This document shows, piece after piece, positions 51,532 to 64,000 of a stretch of 64,000 nucleotides of DNA. The notes under the pieces are model-generated. The model saw only the letters and a program-made list of their open reading frames with translations, was not told where the DNA came from and searched no databases. Made by a program: the position numbers and the translations under genes. The DNA is from Moniliella sp. 'wahieum' (lineage: Eukaryota), in the NCBI GenBank assembly GCA_003971905.1, contig RSEE01000047.1:372001-436000 (forward strand), read 5' to 3'. Numbering within the stretch: position 1 is the stretch's first letter; each line of letters begins with the position of its first letter.

Positions 51532-52807
51532 TTGATATCCGTGTTGGTGGATGACAATTTCAGTGCAACTCCAGTTGAGCGATCATGTTGATCTTTCAGA
51601 TTGGGTCTTCGTCCCGCTGTGATTGCCGTCTTATCCAGCTCAGCTAGAAGCGCCTAAATGGAAGATGGGGTACAAACATGGACAGAGCCTGATACCCTGT
51701 GCTTCCTCCTCAACAGCAAACAGAAGTCCGCCACGCTCGTTCTAGAGCCTCCGCGGAGTGCGGTTGAACGGTACTCAGGTGTCCCTCTTCCTATTTAAGC
51801 TTTGGAATGCCACACGCATGAATACAGTTGCCAGGCCTCAGCGCCTCAGCCCGAATAACTTCTGAGTTCGATATATGATTTGAAGGACCACAAACAGCAC
51901 AGATGCATGCGAATACAATAGAGGTTCAATGCACACAACAGCTGCTTTTCGCGTAAAAAAGGACAGTCAATATAAGTCATCAGCATTGTCAGCCCAACCC
52001 GTCCCTCTTTCGCATAGGGGAACAGGGAGAGTCATAACCATACAGGTTCTGTTTCCTACTAGTATCCCACAGTAGACGATGCCTTCCTATAATCCACGAT
52101 GTCCAAACAGGATATGACGTCAAGCCGGACGAATGGTGCCACCATGCACCCCTCCGTCGCCACGCCATGCAGGGTGTGTATAATGGCCTGTTAGAGTGCG
52201 TGAGAAGGCGGTGAGTGTGGACTTAAATATTCGTCCGCCCCTGAGGCGCCCTTGGCGTAAAATATGCCCCCACAACAAGGGCCTCGTGCGCTCTGTTACT
52301 TTTCCTGGAATGGACTGTTGCCACAGGTGCCTATAGCACACGGCAGGCCGCCACCGCTATTCCCGCCCGTGGCGGCCCCAGATAAGGTCAACGGCCGCTG
52401 GGTGTGGGTCTGGGCCCTGAGTCAACCAGCGCGAGCAGGTCGGGGGGAAAGGAGGTTGGATCGACCATCAGTGCATCAGTATACCGCGTGACATGCGGCA
52501 TGCCCGCGACGGCTTCCCAAGGGCGTTATAGGGGCTGCGCCACATACACTGCCCTCCTGCCTCGTTCGCCCCCAGCGCGGCCGGCCGGGGCGCAGTGCTC
52601 TAATGCCGCCGGGTGTGGCGGTTAAAACACTCTGTTTCCCTGTTGGTTCCCATGCCTTTGTACCATCACTCGCGCACACGCCCACCCGTCCTCTCGATCG
52701 AACTCTGGCCAGTCCCTGGGCCTCTTGTCCCGTCTCTTGGCTCCGCTCCGCCCTCTCCCTCCTTCTCCCTCTCCCCGACACCCGCCTGCTGTGGCCCCCC
52801 GTCCTAT

Positions 52808-54989
52808 ATGGACATCCTCACACACGTCCCCGTCGAGGTGGCCGCCCACATCCTCAGCTGTGGCGTCCTGTCCATATCCGACGCCTGCCGTCTGTGCCTC
52901 GTGAGCAAGGGGTGGAACCAGTTGATACGGTCCGAGGTAAGCTGGCAGGCATTTGCCCATACCCACCATCTCACGAAACAGCCCAATGATACCTGGCGGA
53001 CCGTCACGCTCGGCCACGAATTGCGTTCCCGCCAACTGGGAAGGACCACCTCGGGCGAATTTGTCCCTCCCCTCCTCCCGGCTCTCAGCGACATCCAACA
53101 CATTTCTCCTGCATCGCCCAACCTGCAAGGAGAAGATCTGCCTCCCGCCGTTCATGTCGCCGGGTCTCCTAGTCCCAACGTGCTCGCCCTCTGGAGCCCT
53201 GATTGCCCCGACCACACCGTGGTCTGGACGGTCGACTTGTGTACCCATGAGCGCATGTGGATGCACCGTCAAAAATGTCCCCACATGAGCACAACGTGCC
53301 TCGCGGGAGACGGGTACATCCTGATGCTGTACCACTGTGCGTATATTCCCCATCGTCTCTTGACCAAGTGCGACTGACTGCTGCATCGCAGGCGTCGGTC
53401 ACCACGAGCGGTGGGTCCAAGTGAACATTTGGAAGTGTCCCGATGTAGAGACTGCGACGCCTTCCTCTTCTCCTTCTGCCACGGAGAGGGGAAAGGAGCA
53501 GTTCGAGTTCCAAGGCGAGATGCGCCTCTGTGGGATGAATCTCTTCTCAGGCACGTTTGGTCCGGCATCCTTCTCCGCGCCGTTCTTGGCCGTCGGGCCC
53601 AGCTGGGCTTTGATGAGTGCCACGGACGAGTGGCCCGTCAAAGTCGTGGTATACAATGTAGATACGAAGACCTATGTCGAGTCGGTCGACTTAGCCGAAG
53701 CGGTGAAAAAGACAGGTCCAGCCATGGGGCTGCATCCCATGTACGTTCTTCTCCCTCCCTCCCCCAGCTCTTTCGTCAACAGCCCCTCGTGTTGTGCATG
53801 GATGTAAGTGCAGCAACTTACACGACAGAACAGGGAGATGTGTTTTCCTCAAGCTCTCGCATTTGATGTTCACACTCGTCTTCTCTTTGTCTCCTTCAAG
53901 CGCTGGGGAACCATTCGGGGGCGAGGGGCTTGGCTGGGCAACACAACTGCTGTTTCGATGGACAATGGTACCCCCTTGTGGAGTTCACGTACAGGCCGGC
54001 TTTCCCCTGCCAATTCTTCTGAACCAAAAGCAACTGTCCTAATGGCCATGGATGTGCCCGATGATAACCCTGACGGTCGGCGACTGCAACCTCTCCCCTG
54101 CATCCCCTATTTGGACGAAGAAATGGAAGACACGTTGGCAGACACGACTGGTCGTTTGGCTCTCTCCCCATCAGACGGAACGCTCCTTTGCGCCGGACTC
54201 AAGGGCGTCTTTGTTCTGCGCGACTACCGCGTCTTCCTCACCGACCCAACCACTGAGCCTACCATTAACTGTGTCATCCTCGTCCCCCTGGGCGTCCACT
54301 CGCGTCGTTCCTCGGATGCCACCTTGGTTTCCGAGGTTCCGTCTCAACACATAAAGACGCCTCTTCCCGTTCTTCTTCCTTCTCCATCCCCGAGAGTCTT
54401 CCCTCTTCCCGCTCCACCCGCGCTACAGGCGCCAACGCAGCCCGCTGCGCCGTAGCCCTGGCGAACCACACCATCCTCTGGGCCACACCCCATACCGCGC
54501 CCATGCTACTCTTGCTGCCCGACCCCGCCCACGCCCACAGCGAACCTCGCCTGTTTACCCTTCCCCACCTTGCCCCCGAGGGATGCGAGGGTGTAGAAAA
54601 CGTGTGGGCCGCCACGGTTGGCGATCCCACCCAACGCGCTCGCCCTATGACCGCGTACCTCTCGCATAACCTGCTCGCCCTCGTTCTCAACCCGCCCCGA
54701 CGCGGCGTCTTGCCCGCCTCGGACGTGCAGCGCGTCGGTGCGGCCTTGCTCACCATCCATTTGGACCAGGCCGCGGCACTGTACCTCGGCCCGCTTGCCC
54801 GTCCGCGCGGTTGCACGTCTCCCTCGTTGCGTCGAAACCACGGTGGACTTACCCAGCCACCTTGGTATGGTGGAAGAAGGCTGCCAGGCCGTTCCCATCC
54901 CCGCCCCCCATCCTGTCCCTCTTGGTCGGGTGGACCCTCGTGTTCCTGAGCCTCGAGACAGGTGCAGCTTGTATGGGGCCCCACAGTAG
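52808..54989 (+). CDS. F-box domain protein
   Basis: MDILTHVPVEVAAHILSC..LSISDACRLCLVSKGWNQLI....W is an F-box consensus; beta-rich C-terminal region, introns and frameshifts; 3' end approximate. Confidence 0.8.
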
Positions 54990-56160
54990 GGCCCCACCTG
55001 TTCAGCCTCTCAGTTCACCCTGTTCTGTACGTTTCTCTTTTTTTCTTCCCTCCCGACCGGGTAGGGCGGTGCATATGTGTACTTTATCTTTCCCCTCCTC
55101 TAGCTTCTGTCCCTAAAAAACGAACCGTTGAGACTACATCGCGGCCTGGTAAATGTGCCTGGTGACCCGGTGACGCTGCAGCTTATTGAAGCTCCGCATG
55201 ATGCCGATGATGGAAAAATGCGTGCCTGAAAGTGTGTGCCTGATGATGGAGGCATATGTCCGTCCATTTGGGGGGTGTGGCGCATGGTGTGCCTGAGGGT
55301 GTGCCTGAGGCCTGAGGCCTGATGGTATATACTTTGAATCGGCAGTAGGGTGTGCGCCGAGCCCTTCTACTGTTTCTCTTTCCCTCTCCCTCTTTATACC
55401 CCCTTTCTGGCGGAGGTTTGTGACCACGATGCTCACGATCGATCACGAACGCTCTTACAAAACCCAACTCCCATTTTCCTGCTCTCGTCCCCTTCGATAC
55501 TTTTCTCCTCTGTGCCATCGAGCCCATCGAACGATGCCATTGACTACTATCTCTCCGAGTTTTCCTGGCGCGCTTGCGTCGCTCTCGAGTCTCCTCATTT
55601 ACTCCCTACACAGCCATTTGTTTGTGTGAAAAAGAAATGGAACGGATCACGCTTTCCTCTGAGGTGACTCGGTGCCTAGACAGAGGTGTGGTGCCTAGTG
55701 CCTCTCCCCCTTGTGTTACCTCGGTGGGGATTAGATCTCAGATAGAAAGGTACAGCGCACGGTGCCGATGCCAACGAAAACGAGTGCGTTAGCCCGACCG
55801 CCACAGCGGATTTGGTCGCCTGGACAGGGTGCTGGTCTGTGCTCGCTGGAATGCAACGAGGATGTGCGTGCCGCCGAACGGTACTATGGGTCGCGTCTTG
55901 CATTCATGCCCTTGATTGTGGTGGGATTTCTCTTCCACTGAGGCTAAGTGAACTTTCGCCAAAAAGTATTTTGGTCCAGACTCGCGGGGCATTTGTCCCG
56001 TCCATTACACCCTTAGTTTGTTTATTGGAGAAAGCACGCAGTGCGCGTCATCGGTTCCGTCGGTTTCGATGACGCGCGATACTAAAGGGTGGTTTGGCGG
56101 GACGATGGCATGCACGAGAGGGCAAATGACTGTGGAACCAGGACACCAAACAGCAAAAAT

Positions 56161-56252
56161 GGGGTCCGCCCGGGATCGAACCGAGGACCACCTCTACGAG
56201 AAAGCGGATGCGCTGACCCTAAAGAGGCATGATACCACTACACCACGAACCC
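56161..56252 (-). tRNA. tRNA-Pro(AGG) with 20-nt intron
   Basis: GGGTTCG...CGGACCC acceptor stem, CCTCT-TTAGGG[intron]T-AGAGG, GGTTCGATCCC T-arm, oligo-T terminator. Confidence 0.93.
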
Positions 56253-57170
56253 ATGCTTGTATTCTTGCAGCAGATGCAGATCTGGTGGAGGCGTATGTTA
56301 GTCGATTGATTATGGCTCTGATTGGTCATCGGATAGTCGACAGCCCAGAGAAAAGGCGCTGAGATTGGCAGGAGCAGCTGTCGATGGCACCAAGCAAGCA
56401 GGTTCCATCATGTTTTGCCACATGTCAGGTCCCAGGTGCGAGAAGCCATACTGGTTGTGGGGGGCGTGTGCTGCCCCATGCTGAGGTGGAAGTCGAGCGG
56501 AGATGAGAATGGTGATCGATTGGGTGGTGGCCCAGACCAGAATTGCGAAGAGGCGGGCGCAGTGGCTGGATTCGGGGTGTTTAGTTTCGAGACAGCTGTG
56601 TCTGAGCAGCGGAGATACGCCGCTCGCATCGCGCAATCGCTTCCGACGGTTCGCGGGGGGCGGAATGGGGCGGAATTGCGCCCCAGGGGGCATGGCGTGC
56701 TCGGTTGTGTGTTGGACAAGACGCAATTGGGCTCAACAGCTACCACGACGGGCATGCCCAGCGCCTCAGCCGCACAGCCAGGCACGAACCACCCGAGATC
56801 CAGCCCTACTCGGCCCCGCCCTGCCCGCTGATGCATGATGCTGCCTGTGGCGTGGCGCTGGGCGCTCAAAAAACATGGCCGGATGGGCGTCTTCGGAAGC
56901 GGTGGGCTTGGTTTTCCTCATCGCTGCCAACACCACTCCACTTTCTTGGGCGCCTCAGCAGTCAGTCTGAGTACCTGAGTACCCAGAACGCAGAATTCAG
57001 AGCTCAGACGCCCCCTCCTCGCGCTCTCGTCTCACCCATCTCACGCCCCTGTCGGCCGAAGAACACCGCTGAGGAAAACCGCAGAATTCGGGGCTCGTCT
57101 TATACCCTCCACCATCACCTCCACCACTCCGGTCTCTTCTCCTGCCACCCCCCTCCCTCTTCTGCCTGCC

Positions 57171-60052
57171 ATGTCGCTCGAGTCCAAGGGATTCGTCGAG
57201 ACGCAGACCCTTCCCCGCGTCGAGCAGGAGGCGCGTCAGCGCCACTTCGCTGCTGCTCCACCCGCCGACGCGCCCTCCAGCCGCTCCCGCCGCCTGCGCG
57301 ACGCCGCCCTCAAGGTTGGCAAGAAAATCGTCGACTACGACGGTCTCGAGTACCACCGCCTCGGCGTCCAGACCGTCTCTGTCAACGACTGGTTCCGCGA
57401 TGTTTTTTCTAACCCCGGCGCGATGGTGTGTAACACAGTCGTTCTGTTTCCTCCTCCTCACATTGCTGACTTTTCTTTCAGGCGACCGAGTACCTCGACT
57501 CCCTCTTTCCTATTCGCCACTGGCTTGGCTCGTACAACTTGAACTGGTTCACCGGCGACATGATTGCCGGCATCACTGTCTGCCTCGTCCTCGTCCCCCA
57601 AAGTGTCAGTTACGCCGCCGTGGCTGGCCTCGAGTCCCAATTCGGTCTTTACACCTCGTTTGTCGGAGTCATGATCTACGCCCTCTTTGCCACGGCCAAG
57701 GATGTGACCATTGGCCCCGTTGCTGTCATGTCGCTCGAAACTCACTCTGTTATCCAGCATGTACTGCACCAAACCGATGAATGGTCGCCGCAGGAGATTG
57801 CCTCGGCTCTTGCCTTCATTGCGGCGTGGTCACCCTCGGCCTCGGTGTGCTCCGCCTCGGGTGGATCATCGACTATATCCCCAGTACCGCTATTGCCGGA
57901 TTTATGACGGGCTCAGCTCTGACAATTGGCATTGGGCAGGTGCCCAAGCTGATGGGCATCTCAGCTGTCCACGCCAATACGCTTCCGTGCTACAAGATCG
58001 TAATCGAGACACTCAAACATTTGGGTGACACCACTTTGGACGCAGCGTTTGGTCTGCCAGCCTTGTTCATGCTGTACTTTATCCGTTGGTTCTTCAAGTG
58101 GCTCCCGACCCGTTACCCCCACACGGCCCGCTTCTCCTTTTTCTGCACCATCCTTCGGAATGCCTTTGTGATCATTGTTCTTCTCGTTGCTGCTCGTATT
58201 TGGCTTGGCAACGACCACTCAAAGAAACTGCCCATCTCGCTGCTCGGGCCCATTCCTCGTGGATTCAAAGATATGGGCAAGCCCAACCTGGACACCCGTC
58301 TCTTGGGCAAACTTGGAAGCAAGCTCCCGTGTCGATCATTGTTCTCCTCCTCGAACACATTTCAATTGCCAAATCCTTTGGTCGCATCAACAACTACACT
58401 GTTGTGCCTTCCCAAGAACTGATCGCCATTGGTGTCACCAATGTGTTTAGTCCCTTCTTTGGTGCGTACGCTGCCACGGGCAGTTTCAGTCGCTCGGCCA
58501 TCAAGGCCAAGTCGGGTGTCAAGACGCCCGTCGCTGGCTGGATCACGGGCATTGGGGTTCTGATTGCCATCTACGGTCTGACGGGCGTGATGCAGTGGAT
58601 TCCCAATGCGGCCCTGAGTGCCGTCATCATCCATGCCGTTGGCGACCTGATCACGTCTCCGGCTACGCTGTACCGCTACTGGCTCATGAGCCCACTCGAG
58701 TTGGTCATCTGGTTCGCCTCGGTCATGGTTACCGTCTTCACCTCGGTGGACAATGGTGTGTACACTTCGGTTGCCGCTTCGGCAGCGCTGCTCTTGATCC
58801 GAATTGCCCGTCCTCGCGGCCGCTGGCTCGGCATGGTGCGTGTTTCCCACGGCGACAACCGGTCGGCCTTTACCCGCTCTCGCACTACCGTCACTGGTTC
58901 GGGGCATGGTCGTACCGTTCGCGGCGCCCTTCGCACGATGGTGGTCGTCCCGATGAACGAGTGGTGTTTGTTCCGCTGGATTCGAAGGATGCGCTCCGCG
59001 ACCCGTCGGTGCATGTCGAGCCCCTCCACCCGGTGTCCTGGTGTACCGTTTCGAAGAAGCGTACCTCTACCCCAATGCTTCTCACCTTTCGGATGGGCTG
59101 ATTGAGCGGGCCAAGCTGTTAACCCGTCCTGGCAAACCGCCCAACTATGCGTCTCGTGGCGACCGTCCGTGGAATAACCCGGGCCCGATGCAGCCTTGGC
59201 TGCGTCGTGCGACCGGATTCACTGGCCACAAAAAGGCCGAGATTGATCAGAAGATTGCCGAGAAAACGGACGGATACCCCGGCCGATTCGCGCCCGTTGC
59301 TACGCGTTTGTTGTTGATTTTCGTGTGTGGCAATGGGGATACGACGTCCATTCAGGCTTGGTCGACGTACGACGGACGTCGAGATCTACGCCGACGCGCC
59401 ATTGAGTTCCACTTTGCTAACATTTTGTCCCCCTGGATCCGCCGCGCCCTCTTGGCCGGCGGCTTTGGCACGGGCATGGCCCGCAAGCATGTGGTCGAAG
59501 TGGCCCCCGTCGTGCCCAATGCGACGCCGGTCGCGCTGGCCGAAGAGCCACAACGACGCGCGGATGAAGACCGGCGACGCAAAAAGGGCATTGCACGAAT
59601 TATGGCCCTGCGCGACCGTGCCTTCCGACGAGCCAACCAGCGCCCGCCGCCCGACTCGAGCTTGTTCCACCTTGATGGGGACCAGTACTCGGACGAGTAC
59701 CTCAAGATGTCGGCTGCACAAGAGGAAACAGGCCGACCTCGAGGCCGACCTGGCCTCGGACCCAGTCCACGCCGACGCAGATGCCATCGCTCAACTCCCG
59801 CGCGACATTGAGGAGGACGAAGAGGACGAGGGCGAGGGCGAAGTTCAAGTCCCCATTGTCTGGGACAACGATCTTACCCCCCTCTTCCACCTCGACTTGG
59901 CCAGTGCCGTCGAGGCTGCCGCCGCCGCCGACCCGGAAGACGCCCTCCCTCTCGCCGAGGACTCGGAAGGAAACCTATCCTCCCCTCGGGTGAAGGCACT
60001 GAACCCCAACTGCAGCTCGCTACTGCCGCCCAACCTTCCTCGCCTGCTTTGA
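57171..60052 (+). CDS. SulP/SLC26 sulfate permease with STAS domain
   Basis: GDMIAGITV..VLVPQS, GLYTSFVG, KDVTIGPVAVMS, LLEHISIAKSFGR, ATGSFSRSAIKAKSGV, YRFEEAYLYPNAS; intron ~57426-57481. Confidence 0.95.
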
Positions 60053-60601
60053 AGGCATAAGTGGAGCATGCGCTTTCGGACAGAAGGACGCTGCATAACT
60101 CTCTCTCTCTTTTGCATATCTATTCCCCCACCCCTTGGTCTTGCTGTGGTACCCAGTAATCCCCCTGGGCTCGGCCCATTCCTTGTTGATCACACATTCA
60201 TTTATGTACTTGCCGTCGATGTGCCTGTATTGGTGTGCCTGTATTGGTGGTATCCCTTGTTTGGGGAGCAGGAAACAAAAGTAGACGATCTGACCGGTAG
60301 CACGGACGTTATTAGTTGCCTTCATTTCTCCTGGGCGCGATCGGGCATTGGAGTTGGCCCTGTGTGCTATATATAACTCAGAGGACGTCGTGCTTGCCAT
60401 GCGCCTGAATGTGATGTTGCCCCGCGCAAGCAGGCTCCCTCTCGCCCATGCGCGGGTGATGCTGATAGAGAAGGGGATGGGACTGGTGGATCGAGCAGTG
60501 ACGATGTTGCCGAGGGTGTCAAAGGGAGAGGTGCGGGCGAACCTGGTCAAAAACAACTCATGGTTCGGACACCAATATTTCTTGCTTGGAACGCCAAAAA
60601 T

Positions 60602-60701
60602 TGATCGAACCCGGGATCGAACCGGGGACCTTACGCGTCTCAACGAGACCTGTTGCTCCAGGATGTGAAGCGTACGTCATGACCAGCTAGACCATCCGAC
60701 C
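60602..60701 (-). tRNA. tRNA-Val(CAC) with 26-nt intron
   Basis: GGTCGGA...TTCGATC acceptor stem, TACGC-TTCACA[intron]C-GCGTA, CCCGG-TTCGATC-CCGGG T-arm, oligo-T terminator. Confidence 0.93.
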
Positions 60702-60785
60702 GTATGTTAGACATGCCTCGTCGAAATGAGTTGGTGCCTCTTCCTCCTTCAGGTTACCTATACCACCACAACGCAGACCATTTAC

Positions 60786-62509
60786 ATGTCCAGTAGATCC
60801 ATGCCGCAAACGCCGCTCTTTCTACCTTTGCAAGAAGGCTCTTCAACTGCGGCTTCGTCTCATCGCCCCCCAAGCTCGCTTTGAACAGTCCCCAGCTATT
60901 GCCTGGGACGCCTCTCGCCCTCGTCACGACAACCCGTCATCGATCATCCGACTCGCAGCCCTTGTGGCTCCAACGTATTGACCTTCGTCGTCCTCAGGCG
61001 CCGAGGCACAGCGATGCGGATGCAACGGAGGTTGGGGTGGGCCATGACGCTGTCCATAAGCGTGCCACTTCTTCCGACGACCATGCGAACGAAGAGGAGC
61101 AAGAGCAGCCTGAGGTGGAATTATCGACGCTTGTATCGCTTGTCATCCAGCAAGGCGCTGTGGGTGCCTCGGTCTGGTATGGCGCGTCGCGCACGCTGAC
61201 AATGCTTTCGGATACCCTCCTTGGCGCGCATTCTCAAGCAGTATAACACCATGGTGATTGTAACCGGTACCAAATGTGGGGGCAAGAACATGTACACTGA
61301 TCAAGCAAAACGCATTGATCGTGTATGTGCTGCACCTCACTGATGGTGTTGTTTGCTCTTTTGGCGCTAACCCTCTCTGCCAAGGTACATGGCTCAGAGC
61401 CGCTGCTTTGTCCCTGCAGACTCGGTCACCATGGGCATTTGCGATAAGACTATGGCGATTTCCCAACGGCGTGTGGTATTGCATTGTCGAGTCGGCGACT
61501 CGGGTGCAGGGCAGCTTTCTAATCGATATGGTACAGGTATCCTTTGCATTGCGCCAGGCTACACCTCGCTCTCTTCTCCTCGACGAGGTGGGCACAGTCA
61601 CCAACAAATTGGGTATGGGCACCCCCTTCCTCGTTGCGTCTCTTGCGTCGTCAAATGCTAGTCATGCATCATGCCCCAAGATGGCGCCATCTTTACCTAG
61701 ATCGCCGAGGACATGCTTCTGCCTGGCCCGCAGACGCCCAAGACCATCATCGCAACCCACTACTACGATGTCTTTCTCAATGGTCTCCTTCGTGACGCCC
61801 AAGACAACGGCCCGCGCCAGCTCCCCTTTACCCAGGCGCACATGGAGGTCCTCTTTCTCCTAATGCGGGTCGGCGTCGAGCTGAATGAGCCCGAGGAGAT
61901 GGTACACTTCTTCAAGTAGGTCTTGGTCTTATTTCCTCTATCCCATGACCAAGTTCCTCAGTACTGATCTGCCTGATACGGAACCAGGGTCACAGCTGGG
62001 TTTGCCAAAGCGTCGCACGCGGCCCATTGCGCCCGTCTGCTCGGATGTCCGCTGAGATCGTAGCGCGGGCCGAGTATGCGACCAGCTTGCTGCACCGTGG
62101 CGAAGCAGCATGCCTCGCATGGGAAGGGTACGACAATGCGCCCTCCGAAACGGCGTGGACCAGCCCGACACATGGTCGCGCCTTATTTTCTGCTTCTGCC
62201 TCGCCGAGAGACCAAGCGGTACAAGAAGAGCACGAGGACGAGCACGATCAGGAGCAAGAGCAAGAAGGCGAAGAGGAGATGGATGACTTGGCGCCTCTGC
62301 CGAGAGACAGGGTACTAATCTCCCCGCTTCAATGGCTGGAGCAGATCATGCACCTCATCCCGCCCCTCCTCGAGACAGATTTGAAAGGACGCGTTGCGGC
62401 GCTGCCTACCGCAGACGAAGAAGAAGAGCAAGGGGCCGAACAGGGCGAGACGCCTGAGGCAAGCCCGATTCGGGAGTGGGCACGCTGGCTGCTGGCGCAG
62501 GGGCCGTGA
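60786..62509 (+). pseudogene. MSH5: MutS homolog 5, internally deleted with degenerate ATPase motifs
   Basis: KQNALIV, CFVPADSVTMGICDK, SFLIDMVQVSFALRQATPRSLLLDE, PKTIIATHY, SHAAHCARLLG..EIVARA; only ~1.7 kb long; Walker A interrupted. Confidence 0.82.
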
Positions 62510-62568
62510 GGAAAGGATGCATTGGGTCGTGGTATTACTGTGACGTGGCACGGTCGGTAGCTTGTGAG

Positions 62569-64000
62569 TTAGGCGAGACTCTCGTAGGCGGGTGGGGAGC
62601 CGTTAGGAACTTCGCGTACCCCCATGCGAGCCAAGTCAGAGACGAGGCCCTGCGCCACCGGCCCCGAGTGCGCCGGCGTCGTCCGGCCCGATCCGCCAGG
62701 CGTGGGCGCGAGCGGAACGCCAGGCGACGGTGTGGGGGCAAGTTGTCGCGCGTGCGGCTGGAACGGGCGACCAGCGCACCCGTCCAGGCCGGCGGCGGTG
62801 GCCGCGCTGCCGCAGTACGCACAACGGGCGTGGAGTAGGAGCGTAGCATCTCCGGCCGCTTGGGGGGGTTCGCAGGCGACCAGGGCGGGCTGGAGATGGG
62901 GGTCGTGGCCTCCGAGACGGGTACCGAAGCTGCCAAGGCCGAAGCTGATGTTGACGCCGACGCGGATGTTGCTCCCCTATCGCGCTCCACCGCCGCATCG
63001 TCCACCGGCGCATATTCGCCAATCTTGCCATGCGACCGCACTTCGTTGACTGGCACAGGGTAGCCGGGGCCCTGGGGCAGCATGTTGCGCTCCTTGGCCT
63101 CCAAATCCGCAATGCTCATCCCGCACACGCACTGGTCGTGTCCGGCACCCTGGAACGGCGCGGCAGCCACGGACCAAGGCGATTGGGTAGCATTGTCGTT
63201 GCTGGCCAACTCTCGGGCACGCGGTACATGTGTTCCAACGTCGTGGGCGCGTTCTCCTTCTCCTCGTACCGGGGCAGCGTCACGGCATTGTACGCCACAC
63301 AGCACGAGGGAATAACGACGGGCTGCCGCAGCGCATACACCTTGAGTTTGCGCTCCGTGCCCGCCGGGTGGCCCTCGGCAACCGGGTCGCGCGAGTGGAT
63401 GACCTCGACGACGAGTTGATGCGAAAATCGGATATCGGCCTTGCTCCCGGGGGGTGGTGGGCGGGTGGTGGTTGTCATCGGGGGGATGCGCGCCAGGCCC
63501 TGGACCGACCAAGAATCTTGTGTGCCACTCCACCGAATTGCCGTTTCTCGGATCTTGGCACTCTCCATCTCGCCCGCCTTGTGTGGCGCGGCCCCCTTCT
63601 CGAACAGCCGGACAGGCCGGATGCGCGTCGTTTGCCGCCCGCGCTTGGCCGTGTAGAGATCCACGGTGGTTTCGAGCGTGACGCGGACCTGGTACACAAT
63701 CAAATCCGTTGGCGAGTCGGGCGAATGGACATCAATATTGAAGATGCCGCCAACCGAGATGGAGTTGGCCGTGCACGCGACCGACAACACACCGCCCAAG
63801 CTGTCATGCCAGTCGTGGTACAGCACCGATAAGGGCGTATTGGGTGAATCGGACGAAGGCACGGCCATCGGGAAAATTTCGCGCACGGCATCCACGTTGC
63901 TCTTGGCTCTCCCGCCGCCAAGAATGGTCGCCTTGATCATGTACCGCACGCGGCCATACGACGAACGCTCGTACGGCGCGCAATTGGACGGAAGGATAAA
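62569..64000 (-). CDS. Alpha-arrestin / ART-like protein, 5' end outside the window
   Basis: FILPSNCAPYERSSYGRVRYMIKAT, IRFSHQLVVEV, LPRY and terminal PPAY motifs (Rsp5/Nedd4 PY motifs); stop at 62569. Confidence 0.85.

Noticed and set aside
1856..60052. Frameshifts in many essential genes (CysRS, ThrRS, CCT6, GCD6, UBC12) as programmed frameshifting, RNA editing or mass pseudogenisation
   Set aside because: Those I traced are mostly single-base losses in short homopolymer runs while the protein motifs stay intact, which is typical of unpolished long-read consensus.
51437..60701. Introns in all three tRNA genes as a novelty
   Set aside because: All are at the canonical 37/38 position; intron-rich tRNA sets are usual in basidiomycetes.

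Overview
Eukaryotic, GC-rich, intron-containing fungal genomic DNA. Short GT-AG introns with CTRAC branch sites, intron-bearing tRNAs and protein motifs point to a basidiomycete, probably Ustilaginomycotina (inference). Almost every conserved gene carries 1-nt frameshifts in short homopolymers, which I read as unpolished long-read assembly errors, so CDS coordinates are gene spans and some ends are approximate. Housekeeping genes: PET127, VMA6, an ACC-synthase-like aminotransferase, an SDR, UBC12, MIX17, a C8orf82-like gene, cysteinyl-tRNA synthetase, a WD40 inositol 5-phosphatase, SmG, GCD6, CCDC124/Lso2, CCT6, an HRP1-like gene, BOR1, threonyl-tRNA synthetase, an F-box gene, a sulfate permease, an arrestin, and three tRNAs (Gly, Pro, Val). 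The most unusual region is a ~14.5-kb gene-poor interval (14.3-28.8 kb). It holds two outward-facing microgenes that both encode a single CX2CX10CX2C (RanBP2/NZF-spacing) zinc finger and share a promoter and 5'-UTR architecture. They sit among dense period-7 arrays of TGA/TCA plus a variable 4-nt palindrome. In addition, MSH5 and an Artemis/SNM1-family gene look internally deleted and pseudogenised, PET127 appears to have lost its nuclease aspartates, and the first gene may be a TOPOVIB-like protein.
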